From the NCBI RefSeq assembly GCF_009914755.1, contig NC_060926.1: a stretch of DNA of 64,000 nt; one strand, given 5' to 3'. The position numbers and the translations under genes are program-made. The first letter of the stretch is position 1. The number at the start of each line of letters is the position of its first letter. This DNA comes from the human T2T-CHM13v2.0 reference genome, Homo sapiens. A model generated the notes under the pieces. The model saw nothing but the letters and a program-made list of their open reading frames with translations, made no database searches and had not been told where the DNA came from. Shown piece by piece: positions 28,120 through 42,682 of this stretch.

Positions 28120-29760
28120 ACTGCTAAATATCTTTTCTTTTTCCTCTGGAAGGAATTTGGGTTGTTAAAAAATTTTCCTATTGCAGACAATCCTATATAA
28201 ATCTTTATTCGTGTGTGTGTCTGTGTGTGTGTGTGTGTGTGTGTAGTGTGAATACATGAGAATTTCTATTATGGAGTATATACCTCACAATAAAATTGTT
28301 GGGCCATAAAAATGTGCATCTTTTATTTTGGTAGATAGCACCATATTTCTTTTCAAAGTGGTTGCACCAATTATGTTCCTTCCAGCAGATGAGGAGTGTC
28401 CACTACTTCACCTACCTGCCACATTTTGTATCATCGAATATGGCAGATGCATGAAATAGCATCTCATTTGTATTTTTCTGATTTTTAGTAAGCTGAGAAT
28501 ATTTTTGTGTGTTTATTGTCTATTTGACTTTCCTTTTCAGTGAATTACCTGTTGATGTCCTTTTAAATTTTTTTTCTTATTGAAGGTAGTTCTTATATTC
28601 TGGACACTAATTTTTTGTTAATTACATGCATTGCAAATATACCTTCAAAGTCTGTGGATTGTCTTTATCTTTTATTTATACAGTCTTTCAATGTACAAAA
28701 ATTTAAATTCTTTATATTATCCGCTCTGTTTTCTTTGAGTTTTTTATGTTTTCTTTAAAAATTCACTTTATTTAGGGTTATAAACATATTCTCTAATATT
28801 TCCCTCTAGAAATTTTAAAGCTTTGTTTTTTGCATTTAATATACTTGTAATTGAATTCTATGAATAGAAAATATTCAATTTTATTGTTTCATATAGACAA
28901 CCAATTGTTCTAGTATCATACATTGCATTGTATATACTTTACCACTAGTCAGCAATGCCACCCCTGTCGTTTAATTCTACTGTATTCTATTCATGTATTT
29001 GTCTCTTCTATGGCATTACCAGACCATTTTAATTGCTGAAATTGTATAATACATTTTCATTTAAGTTATTGCAAGTCCCTCTAATATGCTTCTTCTTCTT
29101 TCCTTATACCCTTGTTATTTTTATATGTATTTTTAAATTGGGTTATCACATACTCTCCACAGAATTTTTAAATGGAGTGATTGAATTTGTAGGTTAATTT
29201 GGGAAAATACAACATGTATATAATATGGTGTGTTCCCATAAATATTTTTTAAATCTCTATTTACTGAAGTGTTTGTAATTGCCTTTAAATAGAGTTGTGT
29301 AAGTTTATTTATAAATCTCTAGCCCAACTTGTGTTAGGTTTGTTCCTAAGGTTTTGGGATTTTTGAAGCTATGGTAATGTCATTTAAAAAAATTAAATGT
29401 TCACTCTTTGCCACTAGTATAAAGGATAGCAATGTGGGGTGTTTTTTTTTTTTGAGATTATATCCTGTAGTCATGTTGCATTCTGCAATTAATTCTAATA
29501 ATTTGTCAGTAGAGCTTTGTGGCTTTTTGGTATGTAAGACTGGTAGTTTTATTTCTTTCTTCCCATTACTTATAACTAGTTTTTCTTGCCTTTCTCTAAT
29601 GACTATGACCTCTGAATAATGTATAATGGAAGCTTTGATAACAGGCATCCTTGTCTTATTTCTGAATTTAAGGATTTAATTTTCCTATATTTTATTATTA
29701 AATTTTACCTTTCCATAGGAGAGGTACCCTTCCTCAAGTAAGGAACTCAGCCATACTTCA
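28120..29760 (-). mobile_element. Old L1M ORF2/3' region with (TG)n at 28211-28244
   Basis: T-rich antisense L1 motifs (TTCAAAGTGGTTGCACCAATT, GGCATCCTTGTCTT). Confidence 0.75.
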
Positions 29761-29961
29761 AGTTAACTAATTAATTTTACCCAGGGTATAAAATAAAATT
29801 TTCAATATCTTTATAATACATCTCTCTCCACAGGCTTGTAAGTAGGTCTGTTTTTCTCTTAGATAGTATCAGCCCAGAATGCTAACCTCATTTGGAGGAA
29901 GAAAACAGTGCATAAGATATGACAGAATTAGAAGATGGGGTAGCTCAGGGTTGTTTATTGA

Positions 29962-30279
29962 TCTCTCTCTCTCTGTCTCTCTCTCTCTCTCTGTAGAGAC
30001 GGGGTCTCACTCTGTTACCCAGGCTAGAATATAGTGGCACAATTATAGCTCAGAGTAACCTCAAACTCCTGGCCTCAGATGACCCTCCTCAGCCTCCCAA
30101 ATAGCTAGGTCTACAAGTGTGCACCACCATGCCTGGCTAATTTTTTTAATATTATTTTTTGTAGAGTCAGAGTCTCCCTATGTTGCCCAGGCTAGTTTCG
30201 AACTCCTGGCCTCAAGTGATCCTCCTGCCTCAGCCTCCCAAAGTGCTGGCGTCACAGGTGTGAGTCACCACACCTGGCC
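29962..30279 (-). mobile_element. AluJ with (TC)n tail
   Basis: Antisense Alu; GTCTCCCTATGTTGCCCAGGC, CTCAAGTGATCCTCC. Confidence 0.9.
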
Positions 30280-31308
30280 TCATATCTCTTTTTAAAAAAT
30301 AATGCTCTAAACAGATAAAGCCATTATAGCCTGCTGTCTATTTGCAGAACAGGTTAAAAATATTTAAAAGAACATTGGCATAACACTCAACTTGTTTAAA
30401 AATCTATAATAACTACGGTTTAAATGAAAATAAAAACAGCTAAGTATCAGTCTCAATTTTCTATCTATGGTTCACAAGCCTAGTTATACATTAAATCATC
30501 TTAGGAGTTTTAAAAAATATTCATGTCAAGATCCCACTCTAATTTAATTGTTAGCCCTAAGGTGGGTTCCATTCTCTGATTCTCTCTCTCTCTCTCTCAC
30601 TGCATAATAACCTTTGTTTATACAATGTCTTGATAGTACCACGTCTTTCTTTTTCCACTCCTAAAATGGCCATTAAACTCAATTATAGAAAGATTATTTT
30701 ACTAACAATTGAGCAAGGGGCATGTTCAGAGCAAACCCTTTTTTTCCCAAAAAGGCCCATACAAAAATATGTGTATAACTAATGATAAATCCATCACTAG
30801 AAAAACATGTAGCTTCATTTCTTTACATCAGAAAACCCCAAGCAGTAGAGCCTGCTTGCTGATGAAGTGGATCCTCAGTAGAACCAGGCACCCACCTCCA
30901 TGGCTGACTTTCATTGGCTCTGCCGCAGCGCTTTATCAATAGCACCCTTTCTGTTCCTATCTCCTCCCCTCTCCTATCCTGCTCTACCTCCATCCAGTGA
31001 CTCAAGTTTTAAGGGAAATTAGAAGGAGCATGTTTCCAAAAAGGGTAAAAGCAGTAAATTTATATGAAAGACAGCATGTCATCAGCATTGCCAAAAAAAA
31101 AAAAAAAAAAAAAAAACCTCAAAATAGCAGATGGGTTGGCCAAAATAAAAAATATACCCAATTGTTGGGTGTCATGTAAAACTTCCGGAATGTCTGAGGT
31201 TTTCTTATCCCTGCCTTTTCGAAATTTTGGTTTCCTGCAGGGTATTTCTCTTGCTTTTCAGCATTCTCATAACTTCCTTTGGCAACTTCCAGATTTCTTT
31301 TTTAATTA

Positions 31309-31319
31309 TGTGTGTGTGT

Positions 31320-31355
<36 letters not shown>

Positions 31356-31377
31356 ATATGTGTATATATATATATAT
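31309..31377. repeat. (TG)n(TA)n microsatellite
   Basis: Directly visible. Confidence 0.95.
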
Positions 31378-31950
31378 GACTTGCAGTGACTGCTTTCCCT
31401 TTTCACAGAAACAAGTCAACATTTTGATTTCAAACATCAAAAAAGGTGTCCAGAAATCTCAAGAATTTGAGACATCCTAAGGAACTTTAAGTGCTGTGAG
31501 CCACAAGTAACATCAAGAAAAGACAGGGATGAAGAACCGCACTTACAAGCTAAGTAAGATTAAACCCAGCATGGAGATATATGAATTAATATGAACACTG
31601 AGAAAGAAATTGGTCAGCTAAAAAATATATGGCTTTCCTGAATAGACAAAAGAACAAAGATTTTCCCTTTGGTATGTAACCTGTTTCATTTAGTCACTTA
31701 TATTTTCTCTGAGTGTGAGATAAATGTTATGAAAAAATTTGTTTTGATTATGCAAGAGAGGATTGTTTACCTAGTCAGGTCAAAACTGGAAAAAAGAACT
31801 GCTGCTTCATTATACATCCCCCACAACTTCATAGAAAGTGATTTTAAAAAGAGGAAAACCAAAGATTTATAGAGTTGGGTGCCCATCTTCATGGCTGACT
31901 TTCATTGGATATATATATAAAATAAGTATGAACATTAAAGTTCATCTAGC

Positions 31951-33237
31951 ACCCCCCCCAAAAAAAAACTGGATAGACATTTTTCAAAAGAAGACATACA
32001 ATGGCCAACAGATATATGAAAAAATGCTCAACATCACTGCTGATCAGAAAAATGCAAATTAAAACACAATGAAATATTATCTCACACCTGTTAGAATGGC
32101 TATTATCAGAATGATGAATGATAACAAGTGCTAGTGAAACTGTGAAAAAAAAAAGGAAACCCTGTATATTGTTGGTGGGAATGTAAATTACTACAGCTGT
32201 TATTAAAAACTGTATTAGGGTTCCTCAAAAAATTAAAATTAGAACTACCATATGACCCAGCAATTCCATTTCTGATTATATATCCAAAGGAAATGAAAAC
32301 AATATGTCAGAGAGATACCTGCTCTTCCAAGTTCATTGCAGAGCTATTCACAATAGCTAAGATTTTGTATCAACCTAAGTGTCCATCAACAAATAAATGG
32401 ATAAAGAAAATGTGGTATTTAAATGAGAATGAATAAGACCTAGTATTTGATAGTACAACAGGGTGACTATAGTAAAAAATAATTTAGTTGTACATTTAAA
32501 AATAACTAAAAGAGTATAATTAGATTGTTTATAACACAAAGGCTTGAGGTAATGGATACTCCATTTACCCTGATGTGATCACTATGCATTGCATTCCTGT
32601 ATCAAAATATCTCATATACCCCATAAATAAACACACCTACTCTACTATGTACACACAAAAATTAAAAATTAAAAGAATATGCCCTATTTAAAAAAAAGAA
32701 AGAAAACGTAGTATTTAGACATAATGGAATATGACTCAGCCTTGAAAAAGAAGGAAACCTGTTATTTGTGACAACATGTGAACTTGAAAGACACTGTGCT
32801 AAGTGAAATAAGCTGGACACAGAAAGACAAGGTTGAATGATATCATTTATATGTGGAATCTAACAAGTAGGATACATAAAAGCAGAAAGTATAATGTGTT
32901 TTCCAGGGGTAGGGAGGTCAGGGAGAGAATAGGGAGATGTTGGTCAAAGGGTACAAATCAATGAGACAGGAAGAATAAGTTCTAGAGGTCTGCTGTACAG
33001 CACAGTGCCTATGGCTAATAACAGTATATTGCTAATAACAGCAATTGAAAAATTGCTAACAGAGTATATTTTCAATGTTCTTACCTCAAAAAAATAAGTA
33101 TGTGAGGTGATGCATATGTTAATTAACTTGTATTCATTCTACTATATATATACATATCTCTCTCTCAACACATCATTTGTATACCATACATACATAGAAT
33201 TTTTTGTCAATTAAATAAATTATTTAAAAAAATAAAA
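31951..33237 (+). mobile_element. 5'-truncated L1MA4-8-like element (host)
   Basis: ORF2 end (AAAATGCTCAACATCACT) and L1MA 3'UTR; perfect 15-bp TSD TAAAGTTCATCTAGC at 31936-31950 and 33238-33252. Confidence 0.9.
32422..32698 (+). mobile_element. Nested L1MA1-3-like 3' end
   Basis: GAATGAATAAGACCTAGTATTTGATAG..CAACAGGGTGACTATAGT; flanked by AAAGAAAA(T/C)GT(G/A)GTATTTA duplication. Confidence 0.85.
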
Positions 33238-33737
33238 TAAAGTTCATCTAGCTGGGTGTTTCCCAAAGTTGATTTTAAAAAATAAATAAATATGTTTATG
33301 CAGGTATGGCAAAAAGTGAAATAATGTGAATTATTCAAGTTCAGAGAGGTCAGGTGACTTTCCTGGGATCACACAGAAGACTCCCATCTCCTGCAACTCA
33401 GTCTGGTTTTCTTTCTGTCGCATTACCTGCTTAACAATTGTTCTTTAAAATGTTGTGTACAGTAGATATTATTTACATCCTTAGTGTTTTTATGTTTCCC
33501 AATTACAATGTGGGTAATTCAATTCTTTCATCGTTAATAGAAATTAGATAAGAAGAAGAATCTGTAAATTTCTGAATTCAATTTTATAAAGTACATTAGA
33601 AATATTAAATATCTAGAATTGTAGCATTTTGAAATTATGTAAAAACATAATTATTACAAAATCATGAATGGAAGTTCAGGTCCTTTACATTTTGTGGGCT
33701 ATAAATATTCAGAAAAATTTTAGAAGTTGATGTTCCT

Positions 33738-33987
33738 CGATGAGAACACATGGACACCTGGGAGGGGAACAACACACACTGGGGTCTGACGGCGGGGGCG
33801 GGGGAGGGAGAGCATCAGGAAGAACAGCTAAGGGATGCTGGGCTTAATACCTAGGGGATGAGTTGATCTGTGCAGCAAACCACCATGCCCCACGTTTACC
33901 TACGTAACAAACCTGCACATCCCTCACATGTATCTCGGAACTTAAAATGAAAATTGATTAAAAAAAAAGAATAAAAGTAGAGATGAA
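33738..33987 (+). mobile_element. Short L1PA (L1PA12-14-like) 3' end
   Basis: GATGAGAACACATGGACAC...GGGCTTAATACCTAGG...AACAAACCTGCACATCC; 16-bp TSD AGAA(GT/AT)(T/G)GATGTTCCT with 2 mismatches. Confidence 0.9.
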
Positions 33988-35629
33988 AGAAATGGATGTT
34001 CCTAAAAGAAACAACAGATACCTTTTAAAATACACTTTCAGTATAACTAAGTACCTTTTCAAGTTGGTTAAAAAATTCTAAAAGTAGAGTAGTCAAGTCC
34101 TTAAGTAACATGAAGATCCTATCTACAGTTTAAATAAATGTTCAGTCATCCCAACAGGAACAAATCATAAAGAAAATGTAAAGAATATATCAAATTGGCT
34201 AAATGCATTCTATATTCGTAGTGTACTCACTGAAGCATTGTTCGTGGGTTTTTTTTTTCTGATTCTTACCAAGCCTACATATTTCTTTTTAATTTTTTCT
34301 TTTTATGTTTCCCAAGTTTACAGTTCACATAAAATACCCACTGAAGCAGAGAGAAAAGTGAAACAAATATTTCACAGCTCTTTGGGGATTTGAATGGGTT
34401 TTTACAATAAAACCTTGATTACTCAAAGAGCACAGGAGTGCCTGAAACCTGATAGAAGGAACAGAGAGCAGGCAGTTCTAAAGGTGCCAAGAGAGACTCA
34501 GAACCTTGTGGAGTTGATGCACTGGCCCTTCAACCCTGGAACCCAGGCCAAGCACCAAACCAGGAAGGGTCCAAACAGCCCTGAACATGGCTATCGTGGC
34601 CAAACAAACCAAAAAAAAAAAAGTCACTTGGAAAAGATGTGCAAGGTTGTGGTTTCCTGATAAATTAAGATGACACAGGCAGTACCACAGGGCTTCCTTC
34701 ATTACATTATTGTGAAATCTGGACTCAAATAGAATGAGGCAAACCCACAAGTTAAAGTGTTTTTAAAGTGGCTCAATAATCACTTTGAAAACAGAACACC
34801 CTTTCAGTCAGCATGACTGGAACTTTGATCAACAAATCCCCAAGAGCCACAACCCGTCTTTTGTGAACAAGTAGTATCAAGGTGGGGGTGGGCTTGGAGT
34901 GCACTGGATGCTTTTCTTCTTTCATCATGAAACCTGGTGGTTTTGTGTCATGTGATATGTTTTTCAGAGATTCGGCAGGAAGCTTGCACCGAGTGAAGGA
35001 TTTATAAAGATTATAGGAGATAACACAAAGCTATTTTATCTCTTTAAAAAAAATCAAAGGTATTAAATTTTTTTCTACTTCATTTTTGTTTCCTCATTTA
35101 AAAATTAGCTGCCACAAATATTATCCCCCATCTGGGCACAAGGTCAGTTGGCATACAATTTTCTTCTTAATTTTCATTTTCTGGATTCCTTGATGACCTG
35201 ATTTTGTACAAATTCATGCTGCAGAGATAAGGATTGATTGGCTACAAATCAAGGATCTCTGCAGAATGGGAATGAGAGACAAAGGAAGAGGAAGAGGACG
35301 GACACCACAAACCATCTTATCTTTTCAAAATGTGATTGGTGCATTTCCAACATTGGCTTACCTTTCCTTATGCTGTCCATAAATTTTGTGCAGGTGTAAG
35401 CTCATCCTACACATGTCATTTGGACCAGACCAAGGCTGCTGTCATGGAGGACCCACACCACAGCTTGGGAACCATTCATCTACCAGAGGGTCACATGACT
35501 TCAAATGACTCTTCTAGGGGCCACCTGCCATGATAGGGTACCAGCTCTTCCTCTGAATTCCCAATCCATTTCTTGAGAACTACTGTTTCTAATAAGGTAC
35601 TGTTTCTAATACCTTTCCAACAATGGTTT

Positions 35630-35780
35630 ATTCATTTATCCATACATTTAAAATACAGATTTTTTTTAGCATCTGCCATGTTTAAGATCCTCCTCTAGCA
35701 CTAGGAATACATTATTGAATAGAACAAAGTCCCTGATTTCATGGTGTTTACATTTCAAGGGAGAACTATTCCTTCTTAGA
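35630..35780 (-). mobile_element. L2 3' fragment
   Basis: TTCATTTATCC...CAAAGTCCCTG..TTCATGG.G.TTACATT. Confidence 0.6.
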
Positions 35781-36091
35781 ACAGAACACCGTACAAAGTT
35801 GTAACATAGTAAGTGAAAGTGCTCTGGCCAAGGCTGAGACCACAGTCTACCACGAGCTCCTTGCATTGTGAAGAATGAATATTTCTTAAGCACTTAACTG
35901 TGTGCCAGGCATTGTGTAAAGTCCTAATATACATTTGCTTCCTCATCGGGTGGGAAGTTGAGCAGGAGGCTTTCTAAAGTGTCTATTAAAACCCAAGTTA
36001 TTTGGTTGGCCACTTTAGTCTGTGGTGGATTATCTGCACATTTTTGCCTAGAGATCACTTAATCTGTGGCATAGAAAAACTATATTCAATT

Positions 36092-36455
<364 letters not shown>

Positions 36456-37652
36456 CTATATTCAATAGATCTCTTGAAATAACTTGAATTTGGTGGGGGA
36501 TGAGGAGGGGTTTCTAATAAGACATGTAATGTAGTAGAAAGATCTAGGCCTACGTTCAAATCTCATTTTTTCCACTAACTGGAACTTCTTTAGTAAGTTG
36601 GGGTTAATTCATTTCTCCCAGTATTATTGTAAGGATTACATTGATTTTTATTTTACAAATTTTTATGAGGTCCCTGTGGTGTACTAGGCACTGACCTTGC
36701 TACTGACGATATAACAACAATCATCAAGACATATAAAAGTCACTGCTCCATGAGGTGATCTAACACCTCGCCCTTTTGCTTCCTTTGTCTTCCTTTTTTT
36801 AGAGGGGAAGAAGGTCATGTGGGAATCAGTTAAATCACGTGTGGATAGAAGACAAGTTCCAGCTTTGTGGGAAATCCTGTAGCCTTCGCCAGGTACACCC
36901 TGACAATCTCAGAACTGATCAGGTAAAGCCAGCTCTGAGTTAGACCCTTCTGTGGCCTGTCAGGGAGAGCAGAGAGGGATATGCAGAATCCAGGCAAACC
37001 TGTTGTCTGGACTGGCAGAAATGGGAAGAAGCATTTCCAGAACACAGCTGAACAACCAAACCATCATCTATGTTCAAAGGGCTTCTTCTTAAATGCATTT
37101 CAAATCGATTTGCAAATTTTAAACAATGTGTCTTTAGTTTAAAAGCTCTAAATATTAAAAAATCAGTAAATTCTCCTTTAGCACTGCCCCACCCTCTGCC
37201 ATTCTTCTCTTTCTCAGCACAATGGCATTACTGTTCTAACCACTCAATATTCAATATCTTATGTACTTTTAAGGAAATCTTAGGCACAAGAAAAAAGTTT
37301 ATTTGTGAGGTGAGTTAACTCTTGTTTAAAAAAAAAATGGGTTGGCTCATATATAAACCTTACAAAAGGTTAATGCATAAAACACAAATATAGTTCAATT
37401 TCCTTTTTATGTGATTAGAGAAACTTACCTACAGAGTTGCCTATGACACCTACAAAAGAGGTGATGATAAGAATGATGCAGTTCGCACTGTTCAATGTTT
37501 CCTTAAATTAATGAACACCAGATATGTTAGTGTGATTTCTTCTTCCTCTTTCAAGTTCTTTATTTACCACTCCATGCCCTCCAGGTTAGCTGAGTTTAGT
37601 GCTCTGGGATAATGACTAGTTGAATTCGCTGCAATTTTTTAAATATGCCTAG

Positions 37653-38233
37653 CATAGGGGCCAAAGGAAAACTTCTCTTCCACTCTCTGAAGGTTCACTG
37701 AAAATCAACTGGCAAAAGGCAGATCAGTAGGAGAAATGGCATACAAATTACTAGCATCCACGAGGGAGAATCACAGAGTGATTGCCTCATACCCCGTGGG
37801 GTAGAGGTGTTTATATACCCTACATCTTAGGGGAAAAGGAAATGGAGATGTATAGGTGACTTTATAGGGACAGAAAACAATTTTTAGGGGAATTCACTGG
37901 GCTTGAAGAACATACAATGGCCAGAGACAAAGTCTGTTGGGCCTGCAGAGTGGACAATGGTTTGTGACAAAAGTCTGTCCAGGTGTGTTGACAGATTTCA
38001 GTCTTCCTTCCTGCGATAGGAGATGAGTTAATGGAAACTCAGGGAAAACTTAGGGTAATTGTCTTCTTCTTTGATGGGTCCAGACTTTTCGGCAGATAAG
38101 GAAACATCAGAGAACAAATTTATCCTGTGCTTTGGGAGATAGGAAGGGGAGAAGGTCAGGGAGACCTTGAGGCTCCTTCAGTTCAGCATGTCAAAGTGCC
38201 ATATCTTAGAGTATCAGTTTCTGAGCCCCAACA
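37653..38233 (-). mobile_element. ERV1 solo LTR, MER39-like
   Basis: Minus strand begins TGTTGGGGCTCAGAAAC..ATATGGCACTTTGACATGCTGAACTGAAG; 4-bp TSD CTAG at 37649-37652 and 38234-38237. Confidence 0.85.
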
Positions 38234-39739
38234 CTAGAAACATGAACAAGTTAACAATTCAGTTAAAAGGGAGAGAGAGATGAACTGAGTGAAGTGCATT
38301 GTAATCCTTCCTGAGGTTAAGCTAGTGATAGTCGGCCTCTCAGGCGATTATGTTCACCCTCCTAGTGTCAGGGAGACATCTTTACTGCTTTTCCTAAGAG
38401 AACTTAAGAGATACTGGGGCAGGGCAGGGAATTGGAAGCAGATAGCAATGTGGACAATCTGACTTTGTTGGCAAATGACTAACCTGAATATAATGAAGTT
38501 AAACATCTGCAGATAGTTTCTGGTTGTTGGCTTTTATCAGTTTTTATATCCATGTGGAGTGGTGGGGCTGTGATTAAGAAAGCTGGTGGACTGTGAATTA
38601 CATTTTTCACCTTTTAGTTTAAGGATTGAATATGACACATTTGGGTGGAAGAGCACACCAGTTGGATTTTACTTTTTTTTTTAATGTGACTGAGAGAAAG
38701 TGAATCAGCTGTATTTTGTATTTATTCAGGTTTCATAGTGCTGATTCAGGGACAAGTGTCTTTGTTTTATATCAAATTCTGGGTCTTTTTCAGCAGAAAT
38801 GAATCAAAGAGAATCAGAGAAATGTGAGTTGACTTTTTTAAAGGAAACAGAGGAGGATCTGGTGTCAGAGCTTTTAGTCCAGAGTTTCACATTGATGATA
38901 GCTGTAGCTGCTTTCTAGAATTCTCAGGAATTAATTACAACCAGATTTGTTTTTGTGGCATTCACATCCCATCTATTTGTCAATTGCTCATCCATTCATC
39001 CAACTTCTCCATCTCCATGGAAATCATTTCTTTTTTCCAAGGAAAATCACACAGGAAAACAATAGACTCAACTTGGAAACATCAAAACAGTCAAAGCAGT
39101 CTTTCTGAGAACAAGGCCTATATCCCTCAGCTTGATCTGTTTCCCTGAAAACACCCTGAATGATGTTTTTCTTATGTTGAGCTCTTCAAGATCCATATTC
39201 TTAGACACTGGGCCAAAAATAATGGGCTTGCCTTTCCCTGTGAGGGACCTTGCCCTATGACCTAAGCTGCCCACACAACCACTGAGCAATAATCCTGTTG
39301 GCCTCTTAGAGGGAAATGATGAAAACAAGAAATTGTCCCTCCAACTTGAGGGTTTTTTTCTCCATAAGTCTTAAAATTAATGAGAGCAGTAAGAAAGCAT
39401 CGTGGCTTCAGTATAAATATAAAAACTATTAATTGTAACAATAGAGAAGAAGTCATAATTCATAATCATTTCCATCTTTCATGTTGAATATTTCAGGGTT
39501 TGGAAAAAAATATTTGCATTGATTTTTTTCCCCGAAGCCTAAATTATTCACAAGTATTATGTATCACTGAATTAACAGTAGTCAGAATTGTGTGTTCAAC
39601 ATAAATACCGAAGTATATAACTTTGAATATTTCCACAAATACAATGGATAAAAAGGTAATTTTGTTCACATGAGTCAATGAATTTCGGAAGTAGAGGTGG
39701 CAACTCAAACAAACTCTACGCTCCAAACCCACCCCTTTG

Positions 39740-40317
<578 letters not shown>

Positions 40318-40319
40318 AA

Positions 40320-40535
40320 CAGTTTTGTAACCTCAGCACCACTGGCATTTTGGGCTGAATAACTTTTTGTTATGGGGGTGCTTTTCTGTGCATTGCAGAT
40401 GTTTAGCAGCCTCTACTCAGCAGGTGCCAGGAGCATCTCCCCATTTCAGTCATGACAACCCAGTATGGCCTCAAGACATAGCCAAATGTCCTCTGGGAGA
40501 ATGAGGGAAGGGACAGAGTCAAAACTGCCCTTGAC
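40320..40535. mobile_element. MER20
   Basis: GGCATTTTGGGCTGAATAA..TGTGCATTGCAGATGTTTAGCAGC..GCCAAATGTCC. Confidence 0.8.
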
Positions 40536-40689
40536 AAGGACTCTAGAATATTCAAAAATTTAAAGCATATGTCTAAAGCAGATTTTCTCTATCAATGGCA
40601 CTGTCCAAACATAGACCAGAGATTCAAACAGCAACTATTTCTTTTTTAAAAAATCTAATTTCTGATAGGATAATTTAGTTACAATTTGA

Positions 40690-40810
40690 GGGGAAAAGGT
40701 GAAACAAGAAAACATAAAGGAAAAGAAGGGAGAGAGAAAGGAAGAAAAAACAGGAGGGAAGGAAGAAAAAGAGAAAGAAGAAAGGAAGGAAGAAAAAAGA
40801 AAGAAAGACA
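40690..40810. repeat. A/G-rich low-complexity tract
   Basis: Directly visible. Confidence 0.85.
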
Positions 40811-41652
40811 CTTAATTGTACAAGAAGAATTATCTATCACTTAACTAGAGACCAGGTCCTCTCTTCCTCTATGCTACAGCAATTTCCAGTTTTTTTTAGC
40901 TAACACACAGTAACTGAAATCTAGAAGCTTTATCTAAAAAGCATTTGTTTTAAAAGATTAAGGAAAATCCCATTAGATGGTTGGTGGCCTGTGTTTTGTT
41001 ACATAAGTCATGTGGGCTAACTTAAAGATCAACCACTCCTTTCAGTGCTCACTTCTGAAATGGATTTTGTTGGAGGGAGAAAAGGAGGAAAAGATAAAAA
41101 GGAACCAGAAATGTCCATTCATTCTATTCATGAAAATTGCTTTTAGTATTTATTTACCTCCAAGTCTTTGTTAGACAGGACCTCCATTATTATCTTACTC
41201 ATCTATTTTTATTCCTTTTGACAAAAACTCACTTCTAATTACTACAAGATAGTTTAAATCAACCTCCCTAGTGCTCAGGTTGGTGTCGATAAAGCTAACT
41301 CGGCAGTTTGGTTTTTGAAAATTGATGAGGAGGAAGAAGAGCTCAGATTTAATTCTAACCAGCAAAATGTAACTCTGATCCCAAAAGGTCACCAATACAT
41401 CCTTGAGGCAAGTAGGAATGTATACATTAAAATGTATTAAATAGTCCAGTCCAAACTCAGTGCTACATTCAGAAAACATCAGCCTAACATCCAACAATAA
41501 CTAAAAACAGTGTAAATTTTTCTTTCACTTTCCTTAAAAATTCCAGGAGGAAAATTATGTTCACAATGCAGACTAGAAACCTCTGTTGTCCATTTGCCAC
41601 TAGCGCTGCCACCCATATGTAGCCGTGTCCCCCAGCAGTTCCTGTCCTTTGA

Positions 41653-41982
<330 letters not shown>

Positions 41983-42138
41983 TAGTTGTCTGTTCTTTCG
42001 ATGTCTATCCAGCTATGATTCCCAAACTCATAAGACAGTCTCATGGGCCCAACAAGTAAGGAAATACAGAATCTCTATCATTTAGAAAAGACAGAAGCTA
42101 CAAATACTCATGTAAATATATTTATATTACATATAATA

Positions 42139-42180
42139 TGTGTATGTGTGTGAGTGTGTGTGTGTGTGTGTGTATGTGTG
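42139..42180. repeat. (TG)n microsatellite
   Basis: Directly visible. Confidence 0.9.
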
Positions 42181-42410
42181 CATAACCCATCCCTGTACAA
42201 AACAAATAGAGGGAGTTGGCTTGTTTATAGAATAATGAAATATGGAACTATTCTCACAGTGAAATCATTACATGAAACTTTTATCAGAAAGGAAAATAAT
42301 TTTCATTGCCTTTCTAGTGAGTGGCTTGGCTATGTATGTTTCTTCTAAGCTTTTATGACTGTTAGTACCAAGATGAAGTAAGATGAAGTTGGGAATCAAT
42401 TCAGCTGCTC

Positions 42411-42682
42411 TTTCTTTCTTTTTTTTTTTTTTTTGCTTTTGAGAAAGGATCTCCCTCTGTCAGCTAGGCTGGAGTGTAGTGGCATGACCATGGTGGCAGC
42501 TTTGGCCTCCCAGGCTCAAGTGATCCTCCTGCCTCAGCCTCTGAGTAGCTGGGACTACAGACATGCACCACTGCACCTGGCTAATTTTTTGATTTTTTGA
42601 AGAGACAGGGCCTCTCTGTGTTGTCCAGGCTGGCCCCAAACTCCTTAGCTCAAGGGATCCTCCTGTCTCGGCCTCCCAAGCT
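42411..42682 (-). mobile_element. AluJ, 5'-truncated
   Basis: CCCAGGCTCAAGTGATCCTCC, GCTCAAGGGATCCTCC. Confidence 0.85.

Noticed and set aside
30711-30738. p53-like element (GGGCATGTTC-A-GAGCAAACCC)
   Set aside because: Only one perfect half-site; the second lacks the core G. Not supportable without ChIP data.
31093-31116. Isolated A24 run (also 47081-47106) as a solo poly(A) insertion
   Set aside because: No convincing TSD, unlike the 12400-12447 case; cannot be distinguished from slippage.
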